Part shown: positions 60,192-64,000 of the stretch, piece after piece | Numbering within the stretch: the first letter of the stretch is position 1 | Layout of the letters: every line of letters begins with the position of its first letter | Translations under genes and position numbers: made by a program | The notes under the pieces: generated by a model | Seen by the model: only the letters and a program-made list of their open reading frames with translations | Told to the model about the DNA's origin: nothing | Databases searched by the model: none | From: Candidatus Latescibacterota bacterium | GTDB taxonomy: Bacteria; Latescibacterota; UBA2968 | Direction: 5' to 3' | Assembly: GCA_965222605.1 (NCBI GenBank) | Contig: OZ244960.1 | Coordinates: 3,232,001-3,296,000, forward strand | Length of the DNA stretch: 64,000 bases

Positions 60192-60836
60192 CTATTGGTC
60201 GCTCATCATTGCCCGAATGCGATCTTCTGTGAGCTTATTTTTACCATCTCCGAGCTGCACCAACCGCTCCAGATAACGCGCGATCATATCCACTTCGATA
60301 TTTACCCGGGCACCCGGATATTTTTCCGATAATGTCGTAACTTTCAGTGTGTGCGGAATTGCCGCGATCGAAAAGGTGCGGTCGGTTACTGAAACCACTG
60401 TCAGGCTGATTCCGTTGACGGTGACTGATCCTTTCTCGGCAATATAAGGGGCCAATTCAGACGGTACTTCAAACTCAAATACAATTTGATCGGGAGATTC
60501 CGTGCGGCCTGTCACGCGGCCCACGCCATCAACGTGTGCGGCAACGAGATGGCCGTCGAGGCGGTCGCCGAGTTTTAATGACCGCTCCAGATTAACGCGG
60601 CTACCCACGCGGCAATCACCCAATGTCGTTCTTTGCAGTGTTTCTGCTATGGATTCGATCACAAATGTGTCGGCATCAAAATGTACGACGGTATGGCACG
60701 CACCTTCGATGGCAATGCTGTCGCCTATTTTCACGCCATTGAGTACCTGCTTCGCTGCAATGGTCGTGCGCTGGTAACCCGCGCGCGATTCAATATGCCG
60801 AATCGTTCCCACTTCCTCTACAATGCCAGTAAACAT
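60192..60836 (-). CDS. ribE: Riboflavin synthase
   Basis: [31 protein letters not shown] and IPHT. Confidence 0.97.
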   Translation of the reverse strand: MFTGIVEEVGTIRHIESRAGYQRTTIAAKQVLNGVKIGDSIAIEGACHTVVHFDADTFVIESIAETLQRTTLGDCRVGSRVNLERSLKLGDRLDGHLVAAHVDGVGRVTGRTESPDQIVFEFEVPSELAPYIAEKGSVTVNGISLTVVSVTDRTFSIAAIPHTLKVTTLSEKYPGARVNIEVDMIARYLERLVQLGDGKNKLTEDRIRAMMSDQ

Positions 60837-60842
60837 GATCAC

Positions 60843-61535
60843 TCAGACGTTTTGGGACAATTTTTTCACGCGAGCAGTGAACAAAAAATCATCGCCGATG
60901 GATTCGACTTTCACATTTTCGAGTGCAATTGCATCGGTTATCGAAGCAATATCTAATGATCCGATTGAGGGCAATCCCGCGCCCATGATTTTGGGCGCGA
61001 CAAATGCGGCTATTCGATCTACCAGGCTCAGGCGCAATGCCGATGCAGCAACGCGACTGCCGCCTTCGATCAGGATGTGTCGCAATCCCATCTGGGCGGC
61101 TTTTTGCAAGACTGCCTTCAAATTTATTTGACCATTCAGTATTGGCAACTGCCAGACCTGCGCCCCTTTGTTTTTTCGCTCTTTTATCCGTTTTCTGCAC
61201 ACCTCTTTAGTCGTTGCTATAATCAGAGGTGCTCCGCCAAAAATCCTGGCGTTTAATCCGATTTTTAGCTGAGTATCCAGAACGATCTTTGTCGGGCTGC
61301 ATCCATCGACATAGCGCACGGACAATTCTGGATCGTCGGCCATCACTGTGCCGCGCCCGACCAGAATCGCGTCGGCCTCTGCGCGAAGTTGATGGCCGCG
61401 CACCCGCGATGCCTTTGATGTGATCCACTTCGAGTCGCCTGTGCAGGTGGCGATGTTGCCGTCTAATGTTTGCGCCAATTTTAAGGTGACAAAGGGCAAT
61501 CCGGTTGACCGATATTTGGTTTCGAATTTGTTCAT
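60843..61535 (-). CDS. ribD: RibD C-terminal reductase domain only (no deaminase domain)
   Basis: PFVTLKLAQTLDG, SKWIT, DAILVG.GT..DDP.L, IEGG and APKIMG; begins at the usual linker position. Confidence 0.85.
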   Translation of the reverse strand: MNKFETKYRSTGLPFVTLKLAQTLDGNIATCTGDSKWITSKASRVRGHQLRAEADAILVGRGTVMADDPELSVRYVDGCSPTKIVLDTQLKIGLNARIFGGAPLIIATTKEVCRKRIKERKNKGAQVWQLPILNGQINLKAVLQKAAQMGLRHILIEGGSRVAASALRLSLVDRIAAFVAPKIMGAGLPSIGSLDIASITDAIALENVKVESIGDDFLFTARVKKLSQNV

Positions 61536-63580
61536 TATTTTACTTCAAAAACGGTTTTTCCAACACCCACGTTGCCCAGTGCATCTTCCGCTTTCACTAC
61601 GAGTGTATAAGAGCCGGCTTTCAGATTTTGAATAGAAAAATTCAGTGTCTCTATCGGCGAATCAAAAATTTGGTCAGTGGGAAAGACCACCTTCCAATCG
61701 TCGGAATTGAGTGAGTACGCTGCCTTGTGAATCGCAGTGGCAGCATCTTGAATTGAACCGGTTACACTCACCTTTTTGTCGGTCTGCCTTATGTTGTGCA
61801 ATTGCACAGTTGGTGCCGAATTATCAATGTCAAAGGGCGCACTGACCGCTTCGGCTGTTAATTCGAGGGGATTGTCCAATCGGTCTGATGCAATGACCTT
61901 GACTTCGACTGTGCCATCGGGAACAGCTTCGGTGTGCCAATAATAATGTGAGGCCTTCAAATCGTCTTTTAATAGCCGCCAGTGCGATTCGCCAATACTT
62001 CTAAAATACAGGGTATAAATCAAGGTGTCGTCGTTGGCATCACCAGCAGTCCAATCAATTTTCCACACGCCTTTTTCCATAAACTCCGGGTTTTCATCTT
62101 CGTTGCCAGACAGGTCGGTCTCGGCTTTAATCCGCAATATTCTGGGATGAACATTGTCCTGCAAGCCCGCGAGTCTGATAGAACGCACCAGAGGTGTCGC
62201 ATTTTCCGATCGCGTCTTCAAGACCAACCGATATTGCAAAAAGCGCCCCGGGCGACTGGTAATGGATTTTCCCGATGTGGTGATTGGCTCTGACCACGCG
62301 CTCCATGTATCATCGGGTTCTTCACTGTTGCCGGACCGCGTTTGAATAGCGACCGATGTTTCTGACGGTGTTTCGCTTTGCCAGGATACGCGCCCCCAAT
62401 GCGATACCCGGTCAAAGTCATAAGGTTCGGAAGTGAGTTGCCCTTCCACAGCAAATCCTTTTTCTATTCGATAAATCTCACCTGATCCACTGCATCCAAT
62501 CCACAATGCGTCTTTGTGCGCGGCAACCATAACCCAGGGATTTACATTTTTTAATACTGCGAGCAAAGTGGCGTTGCCATCGGGCCAAACGCGATGCACG
62601 CGGCCGTGTTTTCCCGTGACCAATTTTACTGTTCCATTGGCATCTATTACAGAATCCAACAACATCGGGTCATCGGTGTTCCACAGTCGCATTGCCGATC
62701 CCGAAGGTCGGATCGCATACAGTGTTGCGCCGGATTGATCTGCCCCTTTTTGCTCTCTCCCATTTCCTTCCGTCCGACCGCTTTGTGCCATCGCTGTCGC
62801 ATAAATTGTGCGATCGGGCCCTACACTTAGCGAGTGAATCTCTTTTTCACGGGCATCGTAAAGCACATCTGCACCGCCTTGATCGCGCACCCGATAAATT
62901 AGGCCGCTGTTATCTGTGCCCGCATAAACCTCACCCTGAGCACCCAGCGCGAGCGATACCACATTGGGGTCCTTGCTCGCGTAGAGCGCGACGACTTTGC
63001 CCTGTTTGTCAATTTTCAAAATGCGTCCGCGGTCACCACCTGTACCCGCGTATAATCCACCGCCCGGACGCGCGATTAGTGCAAATACATGGCGATCGCC
63101 TGTCTGACAAAATTCCGTGGGTTCTCGTCCCGGTTCGATGCGATAAATCAGCCCGCCCGGCGATGTGCCTGCGTAAATAGCACCATCTGCGCCAATAGCG
63201 AGGCTAAAAATGTGAACTTCGGAGGAATCAAATTCGGAGGAATCAAATAACAATTCTGCCCGATCACTATCGGGTTTGAGCATGTAAATTCGACCTTTGT
63301 TACCGGTTCCGATATACAGGGTTCTGTTCGCATCCACAGATAGTGCCCACACAAAGTCTTCACCTGTATCTGCTACCATTTTATAAGCTGGTGCCAATGT
63401 CACCGTACCTTCTTGTGTGAGCGACACGCCATTGGGTTCTCCTTTCAGGAAAGCCGTCTGTGAATCTTCTCGCCAAATTTTGGGCGAGACCGCCTCGGCG
63501 ATTGTCCCAAGGAAAACAAAAAGCAGCACATGTGTGATACCTGTCTTCAATATTTTATTGCTTCTGTTCACCCGAACCAC
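61535..63580 (-). CDS. Secreted beta-propeller (WD40-like) protein with C-terminal Ig-like domains
   Basis: Signal peptide; repeated lYaGTg..G.IY blades; TRSGN...WSAWS, S.PGRFLQYR and DNSAP. Confidence 0.8.
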   Translation of the reverse strand: MVRVNRSNKILKTGITHVLLFVFLGTIAEAVSPKIWREDSQTAFLKGEPNGVSLTQEGTVTLAPAYKMVADTGEDFVWALSVDANRTLYIGTGNKGRIYMLKPDSDRAELLFDSSEFDSSEVHIFSLAIGADGAIYAGTSPGGLIYRIEPGREPTEFCQTGDRHVFALIARPGGGLYAGTGGDRGRILKIDKQGKVVALYASKDPNVVSLALGAQGEVYAGTDNSGLIYRVRDQGGADVLYDAREKEIHSLSVGPDRTIYATAMAQSGRTEGNGREQKGADQSGATLYAIRPSGSAMRLWNTDDPMLLDSVIDANGTVKLVTGKHGRVHRVWPDGNATLLAVLKNVNPWVMVAAHKDALWIGCSGSGEIYRIEKGFAVEGQLTSEPYDFDRVSHWGRVSWQSETPSETSVAIQTRSGNSEEPDDTWSAWSEPITTSGKSITSRPGRFLQYRLVLKTRSENATPLVRSIRLAGLQDNVHPRILRIKAETDLSGNEDENPEFMEKGVWKIDWTAGDANDDTLIYTLYFRSIGESHWRLLKDDLKASHYYWHTEAVPDGTVEVKVIASDRLDNPLELTAEAVSAPFDIDNSAPTVQLHNIRQTDKKVSVTGSIQDAATAIHKAAYSLNSDDWKVVFPTDQIFDSPIETLNFSIQNLKAGSYTLVVKAEDALGNVGVGKTVFEVK

Positions 63581-64000
63581 TCCTCCCTAAAAAAGTTGCT
63601 CTACCATCTTTGCCCACGACCAGAATCGCCGTCTGACTACCGGTCAATACATAATCGGTCATCAGATGTTTTTGACCATATACCGACTGCTGTAATTTTT
63701 GCACGACATCTGATCCACGAGCCAGTGATAGTGCTGACATGACCGATGTGGGCAATCCCGAAATTTCGCGTCCGCCCATTGTCACGCCGGGGCGGGAAGC
63801 TACAAAGCGCGCAACGAGCACATCATTGCGCCCCGATTTCTCAATCAGACCAATCAATTCTTCCAGTGTTTTGGGTTGATAAGCGATACGCTTTATATCT
63901 TGCAATCGCTGTTGGCGCTCATTTACAACCTGCAATATCAAACGCCCTGGTGTTATAAACTCGGGGATTGGCAGGGCGATATCTACGATCTCGCGCTTGC
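63555..64000 (-). CDS. C-terminal part of a gene cut by the window edge; possibly a SpoIVB/S55 peptidase-domain protein
   Basis: Frame appears open to the edge; PKTLEELI...RND and LPTSV..L resemble C-termini of S55-family proteins that often precede such propeller genes (inference). Confidence 0.45.
   Translation of the reverse strand, partial: KREIVDIALPIPEFITPGRLILQVVNERQQRLQDIKRIAYQPKTLEELIGLIEKSGRNDVLVARFVASRPGVTMGGREISGLPTSVMSALSLARGSDVVQKLQQSVYGQKHLMTDYVLTGSQTAILVVGKDGRATFLGRSGSGEQKQ

Noticed and set aside
61535-61700. FMN riboswitch ahead of the rib genes
   Set aside because: There is no intergenic leader: ribD is directly coupled to the upstream CDS, and no RFN consensus was seen.

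Overview
Bacterial chromosomal window of about 50% GC. The gene content (GWxTD/TPR protein, paired DUF6785-like membrane proteins, M28-FtsX fusion, dockerin-like EF-hand protein, sulfatase, GH106) suggests an FCB-group lineage such as Latescibacterota; this is inference only. Housekeeping blocks are dsbD, nfeD-floA, cspA, CIRCE-groES-groEL, secA, nusB and the riboflavin genes, plus tRNA-Leu(CAA) and tRNA-Met(CAT). Three accessory regions stand out. (1) 15.3-18.6 kb: a four-gene operon of DNA methyltransferase, PmeII-like endonuclease, a broken TcmP gene and a DUF5131 (Gp37/Gp68) protein. (2) 23.6-32.3 kb: two tandem units at the 3' end of tRNA-Met that share the same left end and the same right end and have no integrase. 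The 7.7-kb unit carries a dockerin-FN3-CxxCH gene and four nested IS relics whose insertion order is partly readable from target duplications. The unit of about 0.96 kb carries only a RelE/HTH toxin-antitoxin pair. (3) 36.6-49.1 kb: an uncharacterised envelope cluster (degenerate M28 peptidase-FtsX fusion, GWxTD protein, two divergent DUF6785-like transporters). Other oddities are a FolC/ATP-grasp fusion, a reductase-only RibD, a Cys4 insertion in SecA, a His-rich GroEL tail and a REP-like repeat that supplies stop codons. All family assignments come from motif recognition; no searches were run.
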